NCBI GenBank assembly: GCA_963925735.1 | Contig: CAWUUH010000010.1 | Location: forward strand, 12,856 to 76,855 | DNA length: 64,000 nt | Direction of reading: 5' to 3' | Source of the DNA: an uncultured Pseudomonadales bacterium | GTDB taxonomy: Bacteria > Pseudomonadota > Gammaproteobacteria > Pseudomonadales > Azotimanducaceae | Shown here: piece after piece, positions 19,694 through 28,082 of the stretch | How positions within the stretch are numbered: the stretch's first letter is position 1 | How the letters are laid out: each line of letters begins with the position of its first letter | Position numbers and translations under genes: made by a program | The notes under the pieces: generated by a model | Told to the model about the DNA's origin: nothing | Database searches by the model: none | The model's input: the letters and a program-made list of their open reading frames with translations, nothing else

Positions 19694-19978
19694 CTACTCC
19701 CGCTCGTCAACGCCGTAAATTTTATCCAGCTGGTTCATGCGCCAAGCGTAAACAAAGATCAGGCAAACAAAGACCACAACAGATCCCTGCTGAGAGAACC
19801 AAAAACCTAACTTGAAGCCAAAAAAATGAAATTGGTTAAGATAGTCAACCCACAGGATACCGCAGCCAAATGACACCAAGAACCAGATTAGTAGCAAACC
19901 CGACATGAGACGCAGGTTGGCGCGCCAATATTCGCGATTCCCATGCTCCGGTTGCTTATCAGCGTTGTTGTCGGTCAT
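19694..19978 (-). CDS. DUF4212 putative solute:sodium symporter small subunit
   Basis: 94 aa with two TM segments and YWRANLRL near the N-terminus. It ends 3 nt before the SSS gene. GGAGA SD. Confidence 0.75.
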   Translation of the reverse strand: MTDNNADKQPEHGNREYWRANLRLMSGLLLIWFLVSFGCGILWVDYLNQFHFFGFKLGFWFSQQGSVVVFVCLIFVYAWRMNQLDKIYGVDERE

Positions 19979-20451
19979 GTTTTTATCTCCGCATTATTTG
20001 GCTTGCCAGCGTACGTCCGGTAAGCGCTTTTCGAACGAGTATACAGAATAACCATTTTTGAAAACCTATTTCGCCCTCTTCGGCCGTTTTGCCGATCATT
20101 CCACCGCTAAAAATGTTGCGTTGCGCCAGAGATGTCCACATTTTCTGTGGATAAGTCTGGGGATAATTTTCTCGGTAGGACAAAAACCTCGAGGTTTTAG
20201 CTCAAACAGGCATTGGTTGTTTTTTGACCACACCTTAATTACTCATATATTTCAAGTAGTTAAGGAAAAAACTTAACTCTACTTTTAACACTTTATAGCT
20301 GCGACTTGTTTCGGTAGCTCTGGGTCAGGTTGTGAATAACTTAATGTCAAGGTGAGTAGCTACCAACGCGCAGGACCCTAAGCTACAGGTCTACACCGAT
20401 CTTAGATGTTACCTTGATAGATAAAACAGCGCAGATTAAGCCAACAACCAT

Positions 20452-21990
20452 CTAATGTTTATCGCTTTCTATTCGACCTAGTGGGCTTTTGCTCACCTGT
20501 CTCGTCTGCTCCTGGGAAGCCAACTCAACGAGGTTAGCAGGCAGGCTTTTAGTTACTCGCGCGCCTAGCTCACGCATGTTTTCAGCTCGGGTTACCAGGT
20601 TACCCTTGCCCGATATTAACTTATTATGCGCTTTAGCATAGACCCCTTGAACAGAATCGAGCTTGCTACCGATGTCCTCTAAGTCCGTGACAAAATTAAC
20701 AAATTTGTCATATAAGGCTCCGGCTTTGCCCGCGATCTCCTGCGCATTCCTATTTTGCTGCTCATAACGCCAGATGTTCTGGATTGTGCGCAGCGTTGCC
20801 AACAGCGTCGAGGGTGCGACCAAAACAATATTTTTATCAAAGGCATTCGAGAATATTTCATTGTCTTGCTGAACCGCTAGCGTGAACGCCGCCTCTACCG
20901 GCACAAACAACAAAACAAAATCCAACGTTCGAACATTTTCAAGATTTTGGTAATCCTTCTCGCTGAGCTGTTTGACATGTTGGCGCAAAGACAGAATATG
21001 CGCCTTCAAAGCCTCCTGCTGCAGCTGACCTGGCTCTGCGCTACAGTAACGTTCATAGCTCACCAGCGAAACCTTAGAGTCGATAATCACGTCCTTACCT
21101 TCCGGCAAGTGCACCACCACGTCGGGCTGAAAACGCTGACCCTGTTCATTTTTTAAATTGACCTGAACCTCATACTCTCGACCTTTTTCAAGCCCGGACT
21201 TTTCCAGTACCCGCTCAAGAATCACCTCACCCCAAGTACCCTGGGTTTTGTTTTCACCCTTGAGGGCATTCGTGAGGTTCACCGCATCCTGACTGATTCG
21301 AACATTCAAGGTCTGGAGATCACGGACTTCCTTGGCGAGCGAGAATCGCTCCTTGCTCTCCCGGTCATAAGTTTCTTCGACTCGTTTTTCGAAATCCTTG
21401 ATCTTTTCGCCCAGCGGTTTAAGCAAGCCGTCCATCTGCATCTGATTCTGTTCTTTAAAACTTTTCTGTTTGGCATCGAAGATCTCGTTAGCCAAGTTTT
21501 TGAATTCGGCGTTCAGACTTTCTCGGGCCTGATGCAGCAGAGCCAACTTCTCCTCATTTTGCTTTTGCTGTTCCAGCAGCGTGGTTTGCAAATGACTGAT
21601 TTTCTCTCGGTGACTGGCATTGTCAGCTCGCAATTGGTCGGTTTCCCGAGCCCCCATATCAAGCCGCCCTTCTAGCCCAAAGACTTGCTGTTGGAGTTGC
21701 CCTAGCTGGGACTTCAATCCGGCCTCGCTGATCAACGCGCGCTCTAGCATCACTGACCGATCATCAAGTTGTTGCTGCACCGTCTTCAGGCGCTGAGTCA
21801 AATCGCCACGTTCACGTTCATGGGACGCGCCACTGGCTTGCGTCAGGGCCTGTTGAAGCGTCGTATCAGAAGCCCACTGATCTCGCTCGCGCCTCATCCT
21901 GGTCCGATACCAAAGCACGACGACCAGCGCTGTAAGCAACAGGCTTAAACTAGCGGCAACGACCATCGCGACGATATTATCTATACCCAT
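20452..21990 (-). CDS. rmuC: DNA recombination protein RmuC
   Basis: N-terminal TM segment, a long coiled coil and a C-terminal RmuC nuclease-like domain (FVLLFVP.EAAF). The track start at 22068 is TTG; the ATG at 21990 gives a TM-first N-terminus. Confidence 0.85.
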   Translation of the reverse strand: MGIDNIVAMVVAASLSLLLTALVVVLWYRTRMRRERDQWASDTTLQQALTQASGASHERERGDLTQRLKTVQQQLDDRSVMLERALISEAGLKSQLGQLQQQVFGLEGRLDMGARETDQLRADNASHREKISHLQTTLLEQQKQNEEKLALLHQARESLNAEFKNLANEIFDAKQKSFKEQNQMQMDGLLKPLGEKIKDFEKRVEETYDRESKERFSLAKEVRDLQTLNVRISQDAVNLTNALKGENKTQGTWGEVILERVLEKSGLEKGREYEVQVNLKNEQGQRFQPDVVVHLPEGKDVIIDSKVSLVSYERYCSAEPGQLQQEALKAHILSLRQHVKQLSEKDYQNLENVRTLDFVLLFVPVEAAFTLAVQQDNEIFSNAFDKNIVLVAPSTLLATLRTIQNIWRYEQQNRNAQEIAGKAGALYDKFVNFVTDLEDIGSKLDSVQGVYAKAHNKLISGKGNLVTRAENMRELGARVTKSLPANLVELASQEQTRQVSKSPLGRIESDKH

Positions 21991-22132
21991 GTTGCAAGGC
22001 TCATGACTGATACAACCCCGTGAAAACCGCCTTGAGTCTACCGCCTGACTGTCGATATATACAGCCAAATAACGCAGGAAATCTGCGCCCTGCTTTGGTA
22101 GGCTACGCTTTTTAGCAGGGTCAATTGTGCAT

Positions 22133-22987
22133 ATGAATGCGTCGCCAAATATTATCGAAGTCTCTGTAAAAGATTTTCAACAGGATGTGGTCGAGAAATC
22201 CAGACAGATCCCTGTGGTGCTGGAATTCTATGCCCGAGGCGCAGAACCGTCAGAACAACTGGCGCCTATTCTGGCAAAGCTCGCTGGTGAGTTCGGTGGT
22301 AAGTTTCTCTTGGCAAGGGTCAATGTCCAGGAAAATCAGCAGATCGTTCAGCAACTAAATGTACGAACGTTACCGACGTTAAAAGTCATCGTGAATGCGC
22401 AAATGGCCCAGAATCTTGAGGGCCATCAGACAGAAGCTCAACTGCGAGAAATTCTTGAATCACTGACAATGAGCCCAATAGAACGCATTCGAGAACAGAT
22501 CAACCTATTATTGCTCGCCGGCAACCGCCAGGGCGCAATTCAGATGCTTGAGGAGGCCATCGGTCAGGAGCCGCAAAACCATGCCCTGCATGTTGAACTT
22601 GCTGACCTGTTGGTCATGGAGAGTCGAATAGACGAAGCTCGCGAGCTACTTGCCACACTGCCAGTCGATACTTTAGGCATCGGCAAGCCGAAAAATCGCA
22701 TTGAATTCAGCGAACTGTCAGCTAGCTTGCCCGCGCTAACGGCGTTGATTGATAGCGTAGCCCAACAGCCTGAAGACCTACCCCTAAAATATCAGTTAGC
22801 CGTTCGACTGGTTGCCAATGATCAGATTGAGGAGGCTTTAGAGATATTACTGGAGATGCTGAAGATCGATAAAGATTATGACGAGGCACTCGCTCGACGT
22901 ACGATGGTAAAGATATTCGAGTTATTAGGTAAAGGTGACCCCACAGCCACCGCCTACCGGCGCAAGATGTTCACCTTCCTACACTAG
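22133..22987 (+). CDS. cnoX: Thioredoxin-fold plus TPR co-chaperone (YbbN/CnoX-like)
   Basis: N-terminal thioredoxin-like domain without CxxC (VVLEFYARGAEPSEQL) and a C-terminal TPR-like helical domain. Start is GTG 22127 or ATG 22133. Confidence 0.8.
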   Translation: MNASPNIIEVSVKDFQQDVVEKSRQIPVVLEFYARGAEPSEQLAPILAKLAGEFGGKFLLARVNVQENQQIVQQLNVRTLPTLKVIVNAQMAQNLEGHQTEAQLREILESLTMSPIERIREQINLLLLAGNRQGAIQMLEEAIGQEPQNHALHVELADLLVMESRIDEARELLATLPVDTLGIGKPKNRIEFSELSASLPALTALIDSVAQQPEDLPLKYQLAVRLVANDQIEEALEILLEMLKIDKDYDEALARRTMVKIFELLGKGDPTATAYRRKMFTFLH

Positions 22988-23025
22988 CTGCACTAGCCCT
23001 GACCAGCCGACCGAACCCGCTCCGA

Positions 23026-23087
23026 AAGTGCTTCTCGGGTCTTGTAGAAGCCACCTCCGGAAGTCTTTCTCGGGTCTTGTAGAAGAC
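23026..23087. repeat. Direct repeat, two copies about 35 bp apart (perfect 19-bp core TTCTCGGGTCTTGTAGAAG)
   Basis: Cores at 23032-23050 and 23067-23085 are identical. Each core contains the inverted CTTCT...AGAAG. Confidence 0.9.
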
Positions 23088-23094
23088 ACATTGT

Positions 23095-23131
23095 TGACTC
23101 GTGACAGTGACTCGTGACGGCTGACTCGCGC
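23095..23131. repeat. 13-bp tandem repeat (TGACTCGTGAC-NN), about 2.8 copies
   Basis: TGACTCGTGAC occurs at 23095 and 23108; a degenerate TGACTCGCGC occurs at 23122. Confidence 0.85.
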
Positions 23132-23160
23132 AAGTGGACGTAGATTCGTCGAGAGGCCTG

Positions 23161-23255
23161 TCATTTAGAGCGCTTTCATTGAGAATTCAGTCATTGAGAA
23201 TTCAGTCATTGAGAAACCAGTCATTGAGAAGCCAGTCACTGAGAAGCCAGTCATG
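23161..23255. repeat. 15-bp tandem repeat (TCATTGAGAA-NNCAG), about 6 copies
   Basis: Units start at 23161 (degenerate), 23176, 23191, 23206, 23221 and 23236, with a partial unit at 23251. Variation is confined to positions 4 and 11-13. Confidence 0.95.
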
Positions 23256-23342
23256 CCCTATTTCGGTGATGCCGGTCAGCACGATGATGCCACAGTCCCT
23301 TCCAGCCCCAACCTAGCCAGGTCCTCTCCTCAAAAGCTAACT

Positions 23343-23495
23343 CTAGCCAAAGTAGCGGAATAATTTTCCTTCACTTCGAAGCACACTGGCGATGATGCCA
23401 GGAGACTTCCAGGGATTGAGCTTGCCCCGATAGAGCACCTTGTCACCCTTCGTCAGCAGCCAGAGATCCATGGACCGAATATGTTTGATTTTCAT
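23343..23495 (-). CDS. Unannotated 50-aa basic small protein, predicted SOS-regulated (hypothetical)
   Basis: Hand translation gives MKIKHIRSMDLWLLTKGDKVLYRGKLNPWKSPGIIASVLRSEGKLFRYFG. AGGGG lies 9 nt upstream of the ATG, and a LexA-box promoter lies about 50-85 nt upstream. The ORF is below the 60-aa cutoff of the track. Confidence 0.5.
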   Translation of the reverse strand: MKIKHIRSMDLWLLTKGDKVLYRGKLNPWKSPGIIASVLRSEGKLFRYFG

Positions 23496-23542
23496 GATGA
23501 TCTGCCCCTATCGGATGTTGAATGTCATGTGCGGCGCACGGT

Positions 23543-23562
23543 AACTGTATACAGGTACAGTA
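23543..23562 (-). promoter_or_regulatory. LexA (SOS) box 1, overlapping the candidate -10 (TACTGT, 23562-23557)
   Basis: AACTGTATACAGGTACAGTA has an exact CTGT-N8-ACAG core. By hand count 16/20 match TACTGTATATATATACAGTA. Confidence 0.75.
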
Positions 23563-23580
23563 CTGTACGTTCAGACAGTA
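23561..23580 (-). promoter_or_regulatory. LexA (SOS) box 2, filling the spacer between candidate -35 (TTGCAT, 23585-23580) and -10
   Basis: TACTGTACGTTCAGACAGTA has an exact CTGT-N8-ACAG core. By hand count 15/20 match the consensus. It shares its terminal TA with box 1. Confidence 0.75.
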
Positions 23581-23602
23581 TGCAACAGCTTTTTAGAAAT
23601 TC

Positions 23603-24382
23603 TTAAGCGGGGGAGATGTCGAGCCAGTCGAAGCCTGTATCTTGCTCTGCAATCTGCAAGCGCCCTTGCCAGCCACTCGCATCCGCCTGCAAGACTTCAT
23701 TGACAGCCCCAAGAGCAAGATGATTAGCATTATTTTTTTCGCTGATGTGGGAAATCACCAAATGCTGCAAGCGGGGCAAATCGATTTTCTGCAGCAGACC
23801 TGCCGCTTGCTGATTGTTCAAGTGACCTCGCATACCACCAACCCGTTGCCTCAGCGCATAAGGATAGGGGCCATCAGAGAGCATCTGGAGATCGTGGTTG
23901 CATTCCAATAGCAGGGCATCACAATGTTCGTAGTGACGTTCGACATGGGGTGTAATGTGGCCTAAGTCCGTCAGCACGCCGATCGTGACTCGGCCAGAGG
24001 AAATAACGTACTGACAAGGTTCCCGGGCGTCATGAGGAACAGCCACCGGCTCAATAGACAAACTACCGACTTCAAAGGGGCGGTGACAATTAATTCTGTT
24101 GAGGTTCGGCACATCGCCCATAAGCTTGGCGCTATAAGTGCCTGGCGTCAGGTAAACCGCGGTCTTATGCTTGCGAGAGAAGGCACCGACGCCCTTAATA
24201 TGATCTGAATGCTCGTGGGTTACCAATACACCGCTGATATCCTGCGGAGTCCTTCCAATTCGATGCAGACGCCGCTCGATCTCTTTCAGGGTAAAACCCA
24301 GGTCGACAAGAATACAAGAATTCTCGTCTTCGATGAGCGTGCTGTTGCCACGACTTCCACTACCCAGAGATGTTATACGCAC
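23603..24382 (-). CDS. MBL-fold metallo-hydrolase (YycJ/PhnP-like)
   Basis: N-terminal LGSGSRGNS and the HEHSDH motif. It lies downstream of dapA-bamC, as in pseudomonads. Confidence 0.8.
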   Translation of the reverse strand: MRITSLGSGSRGNSTLIEDENSCILVDLGFTLKEIERRLHRIGRTPQDISGVLVTHEHSDHIKGVGAFSRKHKTAVYLTPGTYSAKLMGDVPNLNRINCHRPFEVGSLSIEPVAVPHDAREPCQYVISSGRVTIGVLTDLGHITPHVERHYEHCDALLLECNHDLQMLSDGPYPYALRQRVGGMRGHLNNQQAAGLLQKIDLPRLQHLVISHISEKNNANHLALGAVNEVLQADASGWQGRLQIAEQDTGFDWLDISPA

Positions 24383-24398
24383 GATGCAGTGATACTTC

Positions 24399-25532
24399 CT
24401 AGCTAGAGTGCTCTTTAATGATTTTCAGCAACCGTTCTGCCACCAATGGATCAGCCAAGTTCGTCTGATCTTTATTGATGATGACATGCACGCCGTCTTC
24501 ATGACTCTCGAGGTGTACCTGATATTTATTTTCCTCGCCAAGCGTGGCCTCATCAGTAAAAAGCCGACTGAAAAATCCTGCCTTCTGATTGGCTGTAGCG
24601 TCATACAGAATATAATAATTTGCCGAGGTTCGATCTCGATCGTCGATATTAATCGACGCATCTCCTAGCGCTTTGCCTACAGTGGCCCAGGCCCGATCAA
24701 AGTCGAGTTGCAAGCGAAGCACTGGCTTGATTCGATCGGGCAGCAATTCGATCCGACTGCTACTGATATTCATGGCGCCCTGAGATATGGAAAAACCCTG
24801 AGGAATCGTTTCGCCGAGAAAATAAGCCAGTTCCGACAACACCTTAGCCTCAATTTCGCCATCGTCTGAAGTGCCATTCCAGTTCGCTGTATCCTGCCTG
24901 ACGGGCGCGCCGCGAGGAACCTGCTTGTGCTCTAGATGAACTTCGGAACTGCCTGAACGAATACCCGCCTCGATACTCAGTCGAAATTTATTTTGTACCG
25001 TCGCGTTCGAATCGGCCCAGGCAACGCCACTCTTCAAACTCTCAAAAACCTTATCCGGCTCGCCTGCCACTGATGCCAGCCAAACACTTTCCAGAACGCC
25101 TCGACGGGCATCGGCGGACTGCAACTCCATGTTATTCACTTCCCAGAAGAGCCTTATTTTCGGCCATACTGCGGCGGGCGGAGTATCGATAAAGACCCAA
25201 CGGTCTTCGCCGAGCTTTCGAATAACAATCTGCTCCACACCGGTCGCTGTACTCAGCGGATCAGGCAAGCCAACAGTCACCTTCACACCTGTCAGGCCTC
25301 GAGCATCATCCACCGCGGGCACAATGAGCGCGTCGGTAAATACTGGCGTATCGAGACCTTCGGGGATAGTCACTCGAGGAATCGAATCAGACGTCAGGTA
25401 ATCATCACTATTATTTTTGATACCAAGCCAACTACAGCTAGATATCAAAAGTGATAAAAGTATTATCATGCTGCTGCGACGTATCGCAGCGGCATCGATC
25501 ACGCCGTAAAAAAAGCTAACGCTTTGCATCAC
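24399..25532 (-). CDS. bamC: Outer membrane protein assembly factor BamC (NlpB) lipoprotein
   Basis: Lipobox LLISSC and a position immediately after dapA. Start is GTG 25532 or ATG 25529 (4-nt overlap with dapA), or ATG 25469. Confidence 0.8.
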   Translation of the reverse strand: MMQSVSFFYGVIDAAAIRRSSMIILLSLLISSCSWLGIKNNSDDYLTSDSIPRVTIPEGLDTPVFTDALIVPAVDDARGLTGVKVTVGLPDPLSTATGVEQIVIRKLGEDRWVFIDTPPAAVWPKIRLFWEVNNMELQSADARRGVLESVWLASVAGEPDKVFESLKSGVAWADSNATVQNKFRLSIEAGIRSGSSEVHLEHKQVPRGAPVRQDTANWNGTSDDGEIEAKVLSELAYFLGETIPQGFSISQGAMNISSSRIELLPDRIKPVLRLQLDFDRAWATVGKALGDASINIDDRDRTSANYYILYDATANQKAGFFSRLFTDEATLGEENKYQVHLESHEDGVHVIINKDQTNLADPLVAERLLKIIKEHSS

Positions 25533-26410
25533 GAGTTTACTACTCCAGCTTGTTGCAGCGCATCACGAAGAGCCTGATGGTATTGCGGTGATAGTTCGGT
25601 GAGGGGCAAACGAATGCCCCGATCGATTTTCCCCATTTCCATGAGCGCCCACTTAACCGGGATGGGATTAGACTCTAGGAAAAGATTTCGGTGCAATCCT
25701 AGCAGGCGCTGATCCAGTGCACGCGCCTCGTCAATCTTGCCTTCGCGCAGGAGCCTGCATATCTTGGCCATCTCAGCCGGCGCAACGTTCGCGGTCACAC
25801 TGATGGTGCCACTGGCGCCTGCCAACATCAGCTCAACGGCGGTTTCATCATCTCCGGAAAAAATCATAATCGGCGTCTTGCAGAGCGCCAGAATCTCCCG
25901 CGCTCGGTCGATATTGCCCGTGGCTTCCTTGATAGCGATAACCTGGTCAAGCTCGGCCAATCTGGCGACCGTAGCCGGCAACATATCGCACGCGGTTCTA
26001 CTCGGCACGTTATAGAGAATCTGAGGCAGGTCTACTGCGGCGGCAATGGCTCGGTAATGCTGGTATAGGCCTTCCTGGGTCGGCTTATTGTAGTAGGGCG
26101 TCACCAGCAGACAGGCATCAGCCCCAGCATTCTTGGCGGCTCGCGTTAACTCAATGGCTTCTTTGGTCGCGTTCGCGCCAGTCCCAGCGATCACCGGGAT
26201 ACGACCATTAACGACCTTCACCACACGTTTAACGATTTCGCAATGCTCGTTGATGTCCACCGTCGAGGACTCACCAGTGGTGCCCACCGGCACCAACCCA
26301 TCCGTACCACTGACCACATGCCACTCGACTAACTCATCGAGTCGCTGCCAATCAATGCCGCCATCCAAATGCATGGGCGTGACTAGCGCTACAATACTAC
26401 CTGAGATCAT
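25529..26410 (-). CDS. dapA: 4-hydroxy-tetrahydrodipicolinate synthase
   Basis: Has GSIVALVTPM, GTTGES, YNVPSRT and the active-site Lys context AIKEATG. Confidence 0.95.
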   Translation of the reverse strand: MISGSIVALVTPMHLDGGIDWQRLDELVEWHVVSGTDGLVPVGTTGESSTVDINEHCEIVKRVVKVVNGRIPVIAGTGANATKEAIELTRAAKNAGADACLLVTPYYNKPTQEGLYQHYRAIAAAVDLPQILYNVPSRTACDMLPATVARLAELDQVIAIKEATGNIDRAREILALCKTPIMIFSGDDETAVELMLAGASGTISVTANVAPAEMAKICRLLREGKIDEARALDQRLLGLHRNLFLESNPIPVKWALMEMGKIDRGIRLPLTELSPQYHQALRDALQQAGVVNS

Positions 26411-26497
26411 CTTCTAGCCTAATTAGTGCCGCTCGCAGACTAGGCGACGGCCGGGGTGGATTCGAAAAGCGACAATCTTAATGGTGTCTCTGCTGGA

Positions 26498-27568
26498 TCA
26501 CAAGGAGGATGAGGCCTCAGCCCCGTTCTGAGGCCACGAGGTCATAACTGCCTTGACCAGCGTGGCGAGAGGAATCGCAAAAAACACGCCCCACAACCCC
26601 CACCAGCTACCGAAAACCAGCACAGCAGTGATAATGGCGATGGGGTGCAAATTGACGGCCTCAGAGAACAACAATGGCACTATGACCAATCCATCAATAC
26701 CTTGGATGATGGTATAACCCAGCATGATATAGAAAAAATCCGGGCCCCAGCCAAATTGTAGATACGAAATAATAACCAACGGTACCGTCACGGCCACCAA
26801 TCCCACATAGGGCACTATCACTGACAAACCCACCAAAAAAGCCAGCAAGGCAGCATAATCGAGCGCGACCACTTTAAAGAAGATATAGCTCACCACACCC
26901 AGCACGATGATTTCCAGCACCTTGCCACGAATATAGTTCGCCATCTGCTGATCCATCTCAGCACCAATCCGGTTCAACAACGGTCGACGGCTGGGTAAAA
27001 GCGACGTACACCAACCCAAAATAGCTTTCTGATCCTTTAAGAGGAAAAACACCAAGATAGGCACTAACATGGTGTAAACCGTGACCGCGGCAATAACCGG
27101 CAACTGGGATAACGAGAAAGATACCAACCATTGGCCGATGCCACTGGCCTCAGTATTCAGCATCTCAATCCAGCTACCGACTTGCTGCTCACTCAGGAGT
27201 AATGGATATTCATCCGGCAACGTCAACAGCAGCGCACGAGTTTGCTCAATCATATTCGGCAAGTTATCAAACAACGACCGCATCTGACGCCAGACTCTGG
27301 GGATAATAAAGAACAACAGGGCAACGAAACCGCCCATAAACAGACTGAAGGTCAGCGCTACAGCCAAACCATTGGGAATACGAAACCGTTTTAACATCTT
27401 GATGCTGCCTTGCATGACATAAGCCAGCACAACACCGGTCAGCAACGGTGCCAGCACATTGCCCATGAACACGATAATCAGGGTAGAGGCCAAGAGTATG
27501 GCTGCCAGCAGAACGCCTTCTTCATCAGACAGAAAGCGATTTATCCAGCCTCGCATCACTTCAAACAT
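26498..27568 (-). CDS. AI-2E family transporter (PerM/YhhT-like permease)
   Basis: Polytopic protein whose N-terminus MFEVMRGWINRF..LAPLL..VLAY parallels E. coli PerM. Start taken as ATG 27568 with an AAGGAA SD. Confidence 0.8.
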   Translation of the reverse strand: MFEVMRGWINRFLSDEEGVLLAAILLASTLIIVFMGNVLAPLLTGVVLAYVMQGSIKMLKRFRIPNGLAVALTFSLFMGGFVALLFFIIPRVWRQMRSLFDNLPNMIEQTRALLLTLPDEYPLLLSEQQVGSWIEMLNTEASGIGQWLVSFSLSQLPVIAAVTVYTMLVPILVFFLLKDQKAILGWCTSLLPSRRPLLNRIGAEMDQQMANYIRGKVLEIIVLGVVSYIFFKVVALDYAALLAFLVGLSVIVPYVGLVAVTVPLVIISYLQFGWGPDFFYIMLGYTIIQGIDGLVIVPLLFSEAVNLHPIAIITAVLVFGSWWGLWGVFFAIPLATLVKAVMTSWPQNGAEASSSL

Positions 27569-27643
27569 AAAATATGTGTTCCTTGCTGTGTGATTTTCTG
27601 TGTGCCTGCGGCACATCAGTGGCTTGACGCATTAAGAGGTTGA

Positions 27644-27934
27644 TCAGCCTCGGGCATCCGACTTTTTCAGCCAGAAACCATATCGACCCTCAACAGCGGT
27701 CGATCCCAGGAGCTGGTGCCCACTTTGGTTGGCAAACACCTGAAAGTCTCGCACCGATCCTGGGTCAGTACAAACCACCGACAGTACCTGACCCGGACGC
27801 ATTTTATTCAACGCCTGCTTGGCCTTCAGCAATGGCAAGGGACAAGTCAGACCCACAGCATCCAGAGATTCATCAGCGATGATGGCCTCGGGGCTGTCAT
27901 TAGAAGTTTCACGGCTCATAGTGGCGCTCGTCAT
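27644..27934 (-). CDS. TusA-family sulfurtransferase (SirA-like)
   Basis: Has the GLTCPLPLLKAK (CPxP) motif. The upstream part of the 134-aa track ORF overlaps the bepA leader and is unlikely to be coding. Confidence 0.75.
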   Translation of the reverse strand: MTSATMSRETSNDSPEAIIADESLDAVGLTCPLPLLKAKQALNKMRPGQVLSVVCTDPGSVRDFQVFANQSGHQLLGSTAVEGRYGFWLKKSDARG

Positions 27935-28082
27935 CGCAAAGCCAAGATTATATCTGTTATTCAAGCCGGAAACGAACTTCGCCCACTCACGACCGTCCGC
28001 CCAGTCTAAACCCACTTGCCGGGAACGTATCGATACTGATAGGGTCAAATCTGACTCTCACCTTTTTGGCTTGCACCTCATC

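Noticed and set aside
19979-20120. Sigma54 (TGGCAC-N5-TTGC) promoter for the GS-like/symporter operon
   Set aside because: The best candidates (revcomp TGGCAAGCCAAATAATGC and TGGAATGATCGGCAAA) have the GG and GC elements at the wrong spacing.
23161-23255. Possible CRISPR array
   Set aside because: The 15-bp units are directly abutting with no spacers, they are far shorter than CRISPR repeats, and no cas genes are in the window.
23134-23316. 60-aa plus-strand ORF encoding (SLR[INS]Q)n across the 15-bp tandem repeat
   Set aside because: It has a GTG start with no SD, and it is open only because the repeat unit lacks stops in that frame. A minus-strand frame is equally open. I report it as a repeat rather than a CDS.
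27819-28082. N-terminal 88 codons of the 589-aa track ORF (bepA), and codons 1-38 of the 134-aa TusA ORF (27935-28048)
   Set aside because: The two extensions overlap each other antisense in the divergent intergenic region. The BepA signal peptide starts at ATG 28083, and TusA homologues are about 80-95 aa.
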